DNA of 64,000 nt from Octopus vulgaris. Taxonomy: Eukaryota. The notes beneath the pieces were generated by a model. The model did not search any database. It was not told where the DNA came from and saw only the letters and a program-made list of their open reading frames with translations. The stretch spans positions 11,656,001-11,720,000 of the forward strand of contig OX597816.1 of assembly GCA_951406725.2 (NCBI GenBank). The letters run 5' to 3'. This document shows positions 27,265 to 40,093 of this stretch, one piece after another. Position 1 is the first letter of the stretch. The number at the start of each line of letters is the position of its first letter. A program made the translations under genes and the position numbers.

Positions 27265-28079
27265 CATATATACATACAATTTTGCCATGAAGTGTATGAC
27301 ACCACTCCAGAACTTAAGTCAGTTCCTCGTTGAAAAATGCTCGATTTGCACACATACACGCACACACACGCGAAAGGATCAATATTTTCTTGTGATTTTT
27401 GATATACAATTTTGCTGCGAGAATTTTCTATTGAAGCATTAAAATAGCTTCAAACACTTTCTCCTTTTGTCTTTAACCAAAAAGGTTACTAAATGTCTTC
27501 GACTGGGCGTCTATAGAGCAAGGTTATCGAAAGAATTCATTTCGAAAACTTCAAAACCATTTTCAAGTTACCAAAGACAAACGAAAAGAATAAAGAATGA
27601 GAAAATACATAAACGATACAGAAAATAACAGACGTCTACTTAAAAAAAAAGTAAGCTAATTCGAGAATTTTCTTTGACTAATGTTTCTAAATTTTCACAA
27701 ATGACTAAGCATAAATCGTAATTCGAGAACCACTTCCGTATCTTTAATAATAGCCAACACAAATGTTAGTAGGTCAAGTTCTCCAGTTATGCTTTATATT
27801 GTATGGGGTGAGGGGAAGAGAGAAAAGAATTTCAAGGCGTGTTAACATAAGAGATACAGGAAGAGTGCATATATTAGGCTTAGGGGCAGACAATGAGTAA
27901 AGACTGCTATGCACAAGGGAAGAAAGAAAGAATTGTGGAGATGGAGGTGGAGTGAATAGAAGCAGTTGGTTATAGCTAACTACTCTATCATTTATCACCT
28001 GTAAATGTTAGCATCATAAACGTAATCTATTCTTTTAATCAACATCACTGCAAAATTCCAAAACGTAAAAAATGTGTAT

Positions 28080-28455
28080 AAGCACAGGTGTCGCTGTGTG
28101 GTAAAAAGCTTGCTTCCCAACAACATGGTTCTAGGTTCAGTCCTACTGTGTGGTACCTTGAGCGAGTGTCTTCTACTTTAGGCCTGGGTCAACCAAAGCC
28201 TTGAGAGCAGATTTGGAAGACGGAAACTAAAGGAAACCTGTTTTGTATTTATAATATGTTTCTGTGTCCTTCTACCACAGTTCAACAACCGGTGCTGGTG
28301 TGTTTACATTCCCATGAATTAGTGGTTCAACAAAAGAGACTGATAGAATAAGTAACAGGCCTTAAAAAGTAAGTCCTGTGGTCGATACATTCAACTAAAG
28401 ATTCTTCAAGGCAGTGCCCCAGCATGGCTGCAGTGTAATGACTGAAACAAGTAAA
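28080..28455 (+). mobile_element. SINE family B, older copy
   Basis: Degenerate head, CORE-like segment and tail. Confidence 0.8.
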
Positions 28456-28773
28456 CAACACCCCTCCTGTATCTTGTTAACTCTATATCTCTCTTTTACT
28501 TACTCTCTCTCTCTCTTGTATAATGTGTGGTTGGAGAAATTAACAAACATTTTTATCAGCTATTATATCACACGATTGAATCGTATGTGATAGGTCACAA
28601 TGCGCTCTGCATTAGTTTTTGCTTTTGAATGATGCCATCCCGCTGATGAGGTGACCAGGCCAACATTCCTCTAGAAATCAGTGTGTCACATGGTTACCTG
28701 TTTACGGCTGAGTCCTCTAAATTCCTTTAGTAAATAAAACAATTGTTGATTATAGGAAATTATCTGAACTACC

Positions 28774-29160
28774 TATTTACTGGTTGATGATGATACATAG
28801 AATCAAAGGGTAGAATCTAGTTGAATGAAGTAATCTATGCAAGAAAGTTCAGAGATAGAAAATGTAGAAATAACAGCTAAGTTGTGGTTTACAGTCATGT
28901 GGCATACAGAAATAGACGGACATAACAATGACGTGAATGGCTCTAAGTCTAATTGACTAAGAAGCGAAGAGCAGGGTTAGTAAGCTGTATTTATTAATGG
29001 AACGCTGGACTTTCTAGAAACTTCCAAGAGAAACGCTAAGCTTCTTAAATAATTAAGAATCACGTCTCATGACACAGATGCTTCGAGAAACTTAGAAAAG
29101 GGAGGTTACTCTATAATCTTTTTTGCAAGGGATATCATTCAACTATCTAGCTACCGCGAC
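28774..29160 (-). mobile_element. Solo-LTR-like repeat
   Basis: Begins TGTCGCG on the minus strand; second copy at 12153-12445. Confidence 0.55.
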
Positions 29161-31180
29161 AGTGTCATGGCATAAAATAGCATCCAGTACACTCTGTAAA
29201 GTGGTTTGTGTTAGGAGGGGGACATCCAGCCATAGAAGCCATTCCAAAGCAGATATCAAGACCTGATGCAGTCTGCTAACTCGTCAGATCCTGTCAGACC
29301 GTACAACCCATGCCAACAATGATTGTGGACATTAAATGATAAATTATTTTCTATTCGGAGGGATTGCTTTTAAATTCTCAATATTTCGAATATTATAAAC
29401 AACATTTTAATTCATTTATCCATAGTAACACACGAAACAGAGCTTTTTAAAGCAAATATTTGTGGTATCTTGATATTTCTTTTGCTGTTGATGTCTCAGT
29501 GTTAGTCAGAGTGGAAAATATTCAACCAGATCAATGCAAAGTTATGATTCGTTTAGGGGTGGGTGCACTTGCAATTACTAAGATTTCAGTAATTAAACAT
29601 GCAGTCAGTAACATTAATCCATTACCTGACACTTATTATCCTTTGTCCCAGGAACTTATTCTATTGACTGCCAGAAGAATTAAAGACAAATCTCGCAAAG
29701 TACAGGCATTAAACCTTGGTAATTCTTACTGTATTAGACAAAATCGATACCTAAGAAATCCTGCATATTATCTCTCTAGCTAGCTTGCACGCTAACTAGC
29801 CATTCATATCTTTCCAGCTATTCAGCTTCCCGACTTTCTATACACCCATCTGTCCATTTTCTTATCCATCTTTCTTGCTATCCTTCTCTCTGTCTACCCA
29901 TTCATCCATCTTTCACTCCATCCATATTTCTGTCTACTTTCCTCATGTCCATCTATCCAAACACACATTTACTCACTAAAGAGATGTGATCCAAGTTCTC
30001 TTAGTGGTGTATATGTTCTCTATATTCCCTAAACTACTTAATTGTCCAACGTTCTCAATATGCAAGTCTCTACTCTTTGTTCTACACAGAATCCAATAAC
30101 ACAAAGGCCTATTCAATCTTTCTTCCACCGAGTACACATTGCCCTTGCTATATTCTCTGAATGCTTTGGCTCTCTAATCTTCTTCGTAATCATGGACCAC
30201 GCTAATCTTATCTCATCCAACTGTAAAACAAAATATAATAATAAATACAAACATCATGACTCATTCTCAAACATGAGTAACTCTCAACTAATTCAAGCCC
30301 TCACTCCAAACGCTACACCTCAGCATCACTAAGAATCACTACTGCCAAAAAACACAGCTTTAAACATAGGTAGGACTACTTTACTATTCGTACTTTCGGG
30401 ATCGATAAAATTAGTACCAGTTGGACACTGGGGTCGATGTAATCTACTGGGCCTTTCTCACAGACATTGTTGGCATTATACCAAAATTTGAAATTAGTAT
30501 TACAAGCTAGTTGCGTTGCAAATATACAGTAGCGACTAAAGAGAATCTAATGGAATGAGAATAATTACTAACTAGTTCAGCTCCAAATTCTGAGAACATC
30601 ACCAATTGCTCAAGGTGCCCGAAGGAAGTTGGGAGTTGGGCACATTAACCGAAATATTGTAAATATTGACTTCAAATTTTGGCACAAGGCCAGCAATTTC
30701 AGGGATCGGGCAAGTGTTCAACTGGTACTTAGTTTATCGACCCTAAAAGGATTAAAGGCAAAGTCGACCACGGCGGAATTTGAACTCGGGACGTCAAGCC
30801 GGACAAAATATTGCTGAGCATTTCACTCGTCGTGCTAACGATCCTGCCAGCTCGTCGTCTTAAATATTCTTTTCTACTCGAGGCACAAGGCCCGAAATTT
30901 TGAGGGAGGGGGTGGGGCAGTCCATGCTATGTAAGTGCCAAATCCCAGCGCTTTATGGGTTAAACGAAATGCCTTGGATAAAAAGTTCTTTCATGGGAGG
31001 AAACAATCACTAAATTCCAAGCCCTTTTCGTTCCCCATGGGGTAGAGTGAGCTATCAAAGTACGTTAATCTGATCGGGTATTAACACCCGTTTCATGAGT
31101 GTAATAGTTTATTTGCTAATCATTTATTAGGTAAAACAAAATAAATAAATAAAACCTGGCTATCGAATATAGGAAATACC

Positions 31181-31588
31181 TATTTCTTTATTGCCCACAA
31201 GGGGCTAAACATAGAGGGGACAAACAAGGACAGACAAACTTAAGTCGACTATATCGACCCCAGTGCGTAACTGGTACTTTATTTATCGATCCCGAAAGGA
31301 TGAAAGGCAATGTCGACGGAATTTAAACTCAGAACGTAACGGTAGACGAAATATCTATTTCTTTACTACCCACAAGGGGCTAAACAGAGAGGGGACAAAC
31401 AAGGACAGACGAACGGATTAAGTCGATTATATCGACCCCAGTGCGTAACTGGTACTTATTCAATCGACCCCGAAAGGATGAAAGGCAAAGTCGACCTCGG
31501 CGGAATTTGAACTCAGAAGGTAACGGCAGACGAAATACCGCTAAGCATTTCGCTCGGCGTGCTAACGTTTCGGCCAGCTCGCCGCCTT
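31181..31588 (-). mobile_element. Dimeric SINE family A
   Basis: 15-bp TSD aatataggaaatacc at 31166-31180 and 31589-31603. Confidence 0.92.
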
Positions 31589-32361
31589 AATATAGGAAAT
31601 ACCGATTTGTACTGTTGCTAACAAGGAAGAAAGTAAAACCTTTTACACTAAGATGAAATTCTTTTCAAAACGTATTCAAAATATTTAATTTTAAATGCAA
31701 TATTTAAAAAGAACTTATTTTTTCCTAATATTTCACGTTTCTTAGTCGTTGTCATCTTATTTTCTAACAGCTTTAGCTATTCTAGCTATAACGAAGATTG
31801 GGTAATTAAAATTGTCTATTCCAATGAAGTGATAGATAAAAGCCAAAAAGAATTAACAAAAACAAAAAAAAGGCAAAAGTATGACAAATTTAAGAACAGG
31901 AAAATAAACAAACAAAAGGAAAGAAACATATGGTTTCCTTGTACATTTTACTTAATTAAACTTGTCAAGACACACAAACACAGCAAAATAATTATGGCTT
32001 TTTTTTGTTTAATTTTTTCATGTCACTGTTGACAGACATTGCAACTCATCAAAAACATAAAAGTTGATTGAGCAGTCAGGAAGCAATGAATACAAATTGT
32101 GTTGGGTTTTTTGGTTTTTCTTTTTGGTGGGTGGTTGTTGTTCTTTTTGTGTTAACAACTTCGATTTAAAAAAAAACCCAGAAAACAGTTGCAGTAATAT
32201 TACAGAACCTAGCTGGAGATTCCGTTTTTCCGACTTCCAATTCACACCAAATTGTTTGCTGTCTGTGAAGCTTTTCGTGGTGTGTGAAAGAGGTGTAACG
32301 TATTTGGGAAAGAAATAGCACCGGCTTTCGTCTTTGAGATTTTAATAACAGAAACAAGAAT

Positions 32362-32767
32362 GGCGCAGGAGTGGCTGTGTGGTAAGCAGCTTGCTAACCA
32401 ACCACATGGTTCTGGGTTCCGTCCCACTGCGTGGCATCTTGGGCAAGCGTCTTCTGCTATAGCCCCGGGCCGACCAATGCCTTGTGAGTGGATTTGGTAG
32501 ACGGAAACTGAAAGAAGCCTGTCGTATATATGTATATATATATATATGTGTGTGTGTTTGTGTGTCTGTGTTTGTCCCACTAGCATTGCTTGACAACCGA
32601 TGCTGGTGTGTTTACGTCCCCGTCACTTAGCGGTTCGGCAAAAGAGACCGATAGAATAAGTACTGGGCTTACAAAGAATAAGTCCTGGGGTCAATTTGCT
32701 CGACTAAAGGCGGTGCTCCAGCATGGCTGCAGTCAAATGACTGAAACAAGTAAAAGAGTAAAGAGTA
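32362..32767 (+). mobile_element. SINE family B (young)
   Basis: GGCGCAGGAGTGGCTGTGTGGTAAG head and a full tail. Confidence 0.92.
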
Positions 32768-32833
32768 ATGGTTTCAAATTTTGGCACAGCGCCAGCAATT
32801 TCGCTGAGAGGTAAATCGGGTACTACTTGAGAA

Positions 32834-33236
32834 GGCGGCGAGCTGGCAGAATGGTTAGCACGCCGGGCGAAATGCTTAGCAGTATTTTGTCTGGCGCTAC
32901 GTTCTGAGTTCAAATTCCGCCAGCGTCGACTTTGCATTCCATCCTTTCGGGGTCGATGAAGTAAGTACCAGTTACGCACTGGAGCCGATATAATCGACTT
33001 AATCCCTTTGTCTGTCCTTGTTTTCCCTCTCTGCGTTTAGCCCCTTGTGGGTAGTAAAGAAATAGGTATTTCGTCTGCCGGCACGTTCTGAGTTCAAATT
33101 CCGCCGAGGTCGACTTTGCTTTTCATCCTTTCGGGGTCGATTAAATAAGTACCAGTTACGCACTGGGTCGACTTAATCCGTTTGTCTGTCCTTGTTTGTC
33201 CTCTGTGTTTAGCCCCTTGTGGGTAGTAAAGAAATT
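32834..33236 (+). mobile_element. Dimeric SINE family A inserted into a MITE TIR
   Basis: 16-bp TSD gggtactacttgagaa at 32818-32833 and 33237-33252. Confidence 0.92.
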
Positions 33237-33481
33237 GGGTACTACTTGAGAACAGTGGTCCCGGTGCGCGCACTCGCGTACTCGCGTTAGCTAGTCGTTA
33301 CTATTCGATCCTACAACGACTACCTAGCAAAGTAAATAAAACACAAAAACACAAAGTAAATAATTTTTTAAACAAAGTAAATAACACATAAACACAAAGG
33401 ATCGACTAGTCACGACTAGCTAGCGCGGATGCGCGAGTACGCGAGTGCGCGCACCGGGACCACTGTTCTTAAGTAGTACCC
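33237..33481. mobile_element. GC-rich long-TIR MITE (GGGTACTACTT termini)
   Basis: About 50-bp near-perfect TIRs GGGTACTACTTGAGAACAGTGGTCCCGGTGCGCGCACTCGCGTACTCGCG around an A-rich core; second copy at 38901-39206. Confidence 0.85.
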
Positions 33482-33712
33482 CATATTGAGGCCTGTTGGT
33501 CCCGTATCAAAACACGGCCAAAGTATGTGACTGGATTATCGGGCGACACGAAATGGTCCCACGTCGATGAATCGATGTATTGAGAAATGTATGGATTTAT
33601 TGTGAAGAGAAACTTCCAGAATTTCTATTCATTGGTTCGGGAAATTACTCTGAAAGAAATCTTTGCAGAAAGGTGAGTAGATTGATTATATATTTCTTTC
33701 ATTATCACCAAT

Positions 33713-34320
33713 AATGCAGCACGGAATTTTGTCCCCGTGAACAGGTCGCGGTCTCAAAGCGACGAAAATGTTTTGACAAATTAAATTTAAATGTTGAGGC
33801 GCAGGAGTGGCTGTGTAGTAAGTAGCTTGCTAACCAACCACATGGTCCCGGGTTCAGTCCTACTGCGTGGCATCTTGGGCAAGTGTCTTCTGCTATAGCC
33901 CCGGGCCGACCAATGCCTTGTGAGTGGATTTGGTAGACGGAAACTGAAAGAAGCCCGTCGTATATATGTATATATATATATGTGTGTGTTTGTGTGCCTG
34001 TGTTTGTCCCCCTAGCATTGCTTGACAACCTATCCTGGTGTGTTTACGTCCCCGTCACTTAGCGGTTCGGCAAAAGAGACCGATAGAATAAGTACTGGGC
34101 TTACAAAGAATAAGTCCCGGGGTCGATTTGCTCGACTAAAGGTGGTGCTCCAGCATGGCCGCAGTCAAATGACTGAAACAAGTAAAAAGAAAAAAAAGTG
34201 AATCTAACGGTTTTTGTGAGTTTCTTAAATGGCTTATAAACACCTTCCACGCTGCAATTGTTTTCGTTCCAGCACACGATCTCAGATCAGGTCACTTGCT
34301 ATGCAAGTACATCTCCGTAA
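33713..34320 (+). mobile_element. PLE-like remnant (same family as 43373-43745) with a nested family B SINE (33798-34197)
   Basis: Sequence on each side of the SINE is contiguous with the 43541-43745 sequence. Confidence 0.7.
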
Positions 34321-34866
34321 TTCTTTCAGTATGTTATCGCCGTTTTGTGAGATTTGGCTGCTATTTCAAGCGTGTGAATAGCCTGCTTGAGGGGTGGGTG
34401 GGTGAAAAATTGAAATTTTACAAACAAATTTTTTTTTCAGAAACATAATCTCCCTAATCTCCGTATTTTTTGTACGTATTTCACCCACCACCCCCAAAAA
34501 AAATTCCGGAAAAAAGTGAAAAATGAAGAAATGGGGGGCGAATTGAAATTTTGAAGTTGCGATTTTTGAATTTTTTTTTTTCAGAATCGGAATCTAGATA
34601 TCCTAAAACGTGGGATTCCGTAAAAATATTAAAAAAAAACTTTAAAATTTCAAGGGGGAAGGGTTCCGTTTATTTATCCTCCATCAGGACCTAATAAACA
34701 ATTGCAAATCGTAACCATTTAATGGAAAAAAACTTAAGAATTTTATAGTACAATGACAATTATATCTTAAGAGGTACGCTTTGAAGAAGAATCCAATTAT
34801 TTGTTAATCGAATTTAGACATAATGACCAGGGAAGCCCCCCCTCAAAACACACTTCGAATGCTGTT

Positions 34867-35544
34867 TTAGTGTCCTTGGCGAATGCTTATGGAACTTATA
34901 AAAACGTAGGCTAATACCATTAGAGCACATTGAATGGTAAAAATTAGGAAAGAAAAGGTTGAAACAACTGCGTCATTTTCAGTTAGGATGTACGAAATTG
35001 TTTCGTAACAGTCTTGTGTGTAGACATCGCAATTTGCGGTAGAATTCAATTCCTTATCTCTGTGACTAATGGCGCAACATTTTGTTAAGTTCTGGAACAT
35101 TTTAATTTGCTCTTTCAAAGTATTATTCAATGTCGCATTTTTTATTATGTTTTCCAAAGTGTCTTTCATGGAATATTCGATTGTTGACATAGTGATGACA
35201 TTTAAGAGAAAAGCAGATAACTCAATTGCCAAAATAAATGCCATGTAGAAAACATAGACAACAAGCAAGAACTTCAGTTCCTTCAACGTTCCACAATAGC
35301 CCAAGATGGTCAAAGTTAGCATTATCAAAGTAGAAGAAACCAGAAGATAAGCACTGGCTGTTAATCTGTAGTCGTGAAATTGGTTATCAGTCGGATTTAA
35401 TTTGTTTATATTTTCAAAGACCACTTCTTTATTGCGATTGGTACAATAACAGGTAACGATGCCAGACAAACCTACAAAGAAAAGAAAGCTATTCAAACAT
35501 AACAGGATATATTTTACAACTTTAGCTCGATATGTCAACGCCAT
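34867..35544 (-). CDS. Intronless tetraspanin-family protein (about 225 aa), atypical CCA motif
   Basis: Intact ORF with ATG in an aaacATGG context; four hydrophobic helices; KY.L...N motif in TM1, LGYCG.LKE after TM2, polar E in TM3 and Q in TM4; large extracellular loop with CC-x-C-x-C. Confidence 0.88.
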   Translation of the reverse strand: MALTYRAKVVKYILLCLNSFLFFVGLSGIVTCYCTNRNKEVVFENINKLNPTDNQFHDYRLTASAYLLVSSTLIMLTLTILGYCGTLKELKFLLVVYVFYMAFILAIELSAFLLNVITMSTIEYSMKDTLENIIKNATLNNTLKEQIKMFQNLTKCCAISHRDKELNSTANCDVYTQDCYETISYILTENDAVVSTFSFLIFTIQCALMVLAYVFISSISIRQGH

Positions 35545-35566
35545 GTTTAGAAGGCAATTCTGTTTC

Positions 35567-35611
35567 AAAATGGCGGTTGTTTTGTACCTTCTGCTTTCAA
35601 ATATTATGCAT

Positions 35612-35621
<10 letters not shown>
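35567..35621 (-). promoter_or_regulatory. Candidate core promoter of the tetraspanin (TATA-like end of a (TA)n tract; YY1-like CCGCCATTTT)
   Basis: On the minus strand, TATATAAA lies about 70 nt upstream of the ATG and CCGCCATTTT is at 35567-35576. Confidence 0.35.
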
Positions 35622-35658
<37 letters not shown>

Positions 35659-37039
35659 ATTTTTTAAATATTCCTTTTGTTAATTATAAGAGTTGAAAAT
35701 AAGCCAGTAATTTAATAATCGTAATATGTGACAGAACAATATTATTTTTTTCAAAACACTTAAAAGGGGTGATTTTATTATTTCCTTTTTGTCACTTGGA
35801 AGGATTTATGTAATGTGGAGCAAGGTTCGATCCCAACCATGTTTAATTCTTTTCAATAAAAAGAATTAAATAGGGTTTAATATAATATTTAACTAAATAC
35901 TTATACTTAAGAAACCTTTTCCACTTTTGAGAATAAAAACGAACTCCGTAAGGATCTTTTTAATGAAAAGGTTAATCTATTTGCAGGCAAAGCAAATGGA
36001 CGTTTCTTCTGTAAAGCCTTTTCATGTTGGTTGATCATTGAATATTCAATGTTATTGATTCAAAGTATCAATATGGGGTCGAATTCTCCACATTTGCGTG
36101 TCTTTACATTTATTTGGAATAGTATATTTGTTGTTTTAAATGAGGCAGCGAGCTGGCAAAATATTTGAACACATCGGACAAAAATGTTTAGCTGCATTTC
36201 GTCTGACCTTACGTTCGGGGTTAACTTTGCATTTCATCTCTTAGGAGTCGATAAAATAAGTACTACTCAAGTACTATCCCTCTCTCCTGGAACTGCTGGA
36301 CTTGTGTCAAATCTGAAACCAATTTTTGGTAGATTTAAAAAGAGCAGCGAGCTGGCAGAATCGTGAATGCGTCGGACAAAATACTTTGCGCAATTTCTTC
36401 CGACTAATTACGTTCTGTATTCAAATCAAAGGCCGAGTTTACCTTTCACCCTTGGGTTAATGTAATGAACTTACCCTCTCCCCTAAAATTTGAAACCATA
36501 TTTGTAGATTTAAATACTACAAAACAAACTGGCATGCGTTCAGTGGTTTGCGTCCTTGTTTTCGAAAAACGTATACTTTAACGATCTAAGCTTTTCCAAG
36601 CTCCAGATAATCAATTGGAGTCAAAATGTACAAGACATGATTCTGATTCAGCCTAAAAGTTGAATTATAGTTTTGTATTCCTTACAATATTCTTCCGTGC
36701 CACAAAATCGCTTAGCAAATTACCAAGTTTTGTTTTTAAAGAAGATTAAGGATTTAGCAATATAACTGACACAGATATTGTGTCGTTAACCAGCTGGATG
36801 AGATGTCCTCCTGGGGTTAAAAAGCGTAGTATCATTGTTCTATGCAGAACAACCATTACTTTTCGGTAGAGTTACTACCTACATCTCTCAAAGTGGAGGT
36901 GCAATGGCCCAGTGGCTAGGGCAGTGCACTCGCAGTTGTAGCATCACGGTTTGGATTCCCAGATCGGGCGTTGTGAGTGTTTATTGAGCGGAAACACCTA
37001 AAGCCCCACGAGGCTGCGCAGGGGGTGCTGTACTCCTTC

Positions 37040-37473
37040 ACCACACGACTAACCGCCTTAAAATTTTTTTTCTTTTCTACTCTAGGCACAAAGCCTGAAA
37101 TTTTGGAGGAGGGGGCCAGTCGACCCCATAACTTAATTTATCGACCCTGAAAGGATGAAAGGCAAAGTCGAACTCAGCAGAATTTGAACTCAGAACGTAA
37201 AGACACAGCTAAGCATTTCGTCCGGCGTGCTAATGTTTCTTATTTATTTATTGCCCACGAGGGGCTAAACATAGAGGGGACACACAAGGACAGACAAAGG
37301 GATTAAGTCGATTACATCGACCCCAGTACGTAACTGGTACTTAATTTATCGACCCCGAAAGGATGAAAGGCAAAGTCGACCTTGGCGGAATTTGAACTCA
37401 GAACGTAGCGACAGACGAAATACGGCTACGCATTTCGCCCGGCGTGCTAACGTTTCTGCCAGCTCGCCGCCTT
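37040..37473 (-). mobile_element. SINE family A copies (nested or tandem)
   Basis: Two Meta-like cores; head at about 37473; a further family A copy lies at 37900-38095. Confidence 0.85.
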
Positions 37474-37513
37474 AAGATTTTTTTTTCTTTTCTACTCTAG
37501 GTACAAGGTCTGA

Positions 37514-37896
37514 GGAGGCGCAATGGCCCAGTGGTTAGGGCAGCGGACTCGCGGTCATAGGATCGCGGTTTCGATTCCCAGACCGGACGTTGTGAGTGTT
37601 TATTGAGCGAAAACACCTAAAGCTCCACGAGGCTCCGGCAGGGGATGATGGTGATCCCTGCTGTACTCTTTCACCACAACTTTCTCTCACTCTTACTTCC
37701 TGTTTTTGTTGTACCTGTATTTCAAAGGGCCGGCCTTGTCACTCTCTGTGTCACGCTGAATATCCCCGAGAACTACGTTATGGTTACACGTGTCTGTGGA
37801 GTGCTCAGCCACTTACACGTTAATTTCACGAGCAGGCTGTTCCGTTGATTCGGATCAACCGGAACCCTCGTCGTCGTAACCGACGGAGTGCTTCCA
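37514..37896 (+). mobile_element. Full-length tRNA-derived SINE family D
   Basis: A box TGGCCCAGTGG, B box GGTTTCGATTCC; 12-bp TSD tacaaggtctga. Confidence 0.92.
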
Positions 37897-38900
37897 TACA
37901 AGGTCTGAAATTTTTGGGGAGAGGGCCTGTCGATTAGATTGACCCCAGTATGCAATTGGTACTTAGTTTATCGACCCTGAAAGGATGAAAGGCAAAGTTG
38001 ACCTCAGCGGAATTTGAACTCAGAACGTAAAGACACACGAAATACAGCTAAGCATTTCGCCCAGCGCACTAACGATTGTGCCAGCTCGCCACCTCACCGC
38101 CTCGACTTCATAATGTCTTTCTTTTGATCTCTTCTTTCATTGTATTATATAATTGAACATTTCTTCTTTTCCTTTCTATTTCCTTATTCTTTCTCTTAAC
38201 TTTCCCCACTTGCTCCTTCCCTCTGCCTGCCTGCCTGCCTATCTATCTGCCTCTATCTCTCCCTCCCTTTCAGTCTATGTCTCTCTCTCTCTCTCTCTTT
38301 CTCTTTGTTTTACACTTCTCTCTCAGTCTGAAAATATCGAGAGATCTATTCGCTTCTGCTTCATAAATTTTGTTGGCAGTTTCTTTTCACTTAAGAATAA
38401 AATAAAACAACCCCCCCCCCCAAAAAAAAAAAACTACATTCAAATATCTTGAACCAAGATTTATTGTTATCAATGATTAGTAATCTTTGAAGAAAAAAAA
38501 AAAAAAAAGAATTTCATGGAACCAGAAAACAACAGTAAATGTTTTTTTTTCCTTGTTTAATTCGGTTTTTCGTTTTTGAAATATTATTTCATTTTATTCA
38601 TCTTGTGTTTTATAGTCAGATCGTAATAATATTTATGATGATATCGACTAGCGTTAAGTAAACTTTAATACCCCGGAGGAGTTAGACTTATAAGTTGGAT
38701 ATAATTTCCTATCGTATTTCCTTTAAATTCCGTCTTATTTACCTTCGAACTACCACCCACCCATCCCTTCACTTTCCTCGCACCCCCTATTCCTGACAGG
38801 ATCGTGGGAGTAGAGCCCGGCCCTCATGCATCTCCTCCTTAGAGTTCTATCATAAGCAACCACCACTGCTATTTCAGACTGGATTCCCATAATTAACTAA

Positions 38901-39206
38901 GGGGTACTACTTAAGAAGGTGCGTGCACTCGCGTACTCGCGCATCCGTGCTAGCTGGTCGCGACTAGTCGATCCTTACTTTGTGCTTTTGTTTTATTTAC
39001 TTTGTTTAAAAAATTATTTACTCTGTGTTTTTTGTGTTTTATTTACTTTGTTTTAAAACAATTATTTACTTTGTGTAAAAAAAATATTTACTTTGTGTTT
39101 TATTTATTTTGCTAGGTAGTCGTAGGATCGATTAGTCACGACTAGCTAGCGCGGATGCGCTAGTACGCGAGTGCGCGCACCGGGACCACTCTTCTTAAGT
39201 AGTACC
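38901..39206. mobile_element. Second GGGTACTACTT MITE, opposite orientation
   Basis: Same TIRs; the T-rich core is the reverse complement of the 33237 copy core. Confidence 0.85.
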
Positions 39207-39639
39207 AGACAATGTATATTATTCAACCATCTTGTTTCCTTCTCGTAGGCCCGACTTGAAGAACCGACGTTCTAATCCTATGTCCGTTGTACCAGTGCTG
39301 TGACCCCTCAACACAGAAAAGTCTTGGCTCGACCGAGAAGAGATTTCCTAATCTCCGATCTATTACACCATGTCGAGTAATGTTACACCAGAGATCCATT
39401 GAAGAAACATCATTTTGATCGCTTGCATTTGCACTCGTACTTTTTCGGAAATTACAGAGAACATTCATAACTATTGATGAGGTTAGGCAGGAAAACTGAA
39501 TTGAAGCTAGCAAGTTGGCCTTTTTCTTCCCAAACTTTCTTCTTCCAAGGATCAAATGTTGAAGCTGATGTATTACAATAATGGTACTAGCTAATACTTT
39601 TGTAAAAGCCATATACATCATAACTTCCTAATTTCATTA

Positions 39640-39860
39640 TATATATTTGACGGATATTTATCCTCATCTTGTTTGTTGTTAACACAACGTTTCGGTTGAT
39701 ATACCCTCTAGCCTTCATCAGGTGTCTTAGGGAATTTTCGAACCTAGTTTCTCATTCCTAAGATATTTTTCGGGTATATGGCGTAGTGGTTAAGCGCGGA
39801 CTATTAACCCCAAGATTCCGAGTTCAATTCCAGGCAGTGACCTGAATAATGATGATGATG

Positions 39861-39915
<55 letters not shown>

Positions 39916-40093
39916 CGAAAAATTCCTTAGGAATGAGAATCCAGGTTTGAAATTTCCCAAGACACCTGATGAAGACTGGAGAGTATATCAGCCAACACGT
40001 GTTAACAACAAACAAGATGAGGACAAATATCCATCAAATGTAAATAATGTAACTAATGTACATAATTCCTCATTGCTTAAATATAGAACTATA
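39640..40093 (+). mobile_element. Family F element: inverted tail (39640-39771) plus full tRNA-headed copy (39772-40093)
   Basis: A box TGGCGTAGTGG, B box GAGTTCAATTCC, (TAA)n; 13-bp TSD ttcctaatttcat at 39625-39637 and 40094-40106. Confidence 0.85.
39681..39726 (-). ncRNA. Putative minimal type I hammerhead ribozyme
   Basis: Minus strand reads gacac CUGAUGA a ggcua...aacc GAAAC GUU guguu; stem I gacac/guguu; palindromic AACGUU stem III. Confidence 0.6.

Noticed and set aside
37514-37590. tRNA genes (also at 3334, 39772, 57070-57143, 61089)
   Set aside because: These are tRNA-like heads fused to SINE bodies, most with TSDs, and show no complete acceptor stem.
39223-39621. 132-aa minus-strand ORF as a host gene
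   Set aside because: No recognisable motif or splice context.
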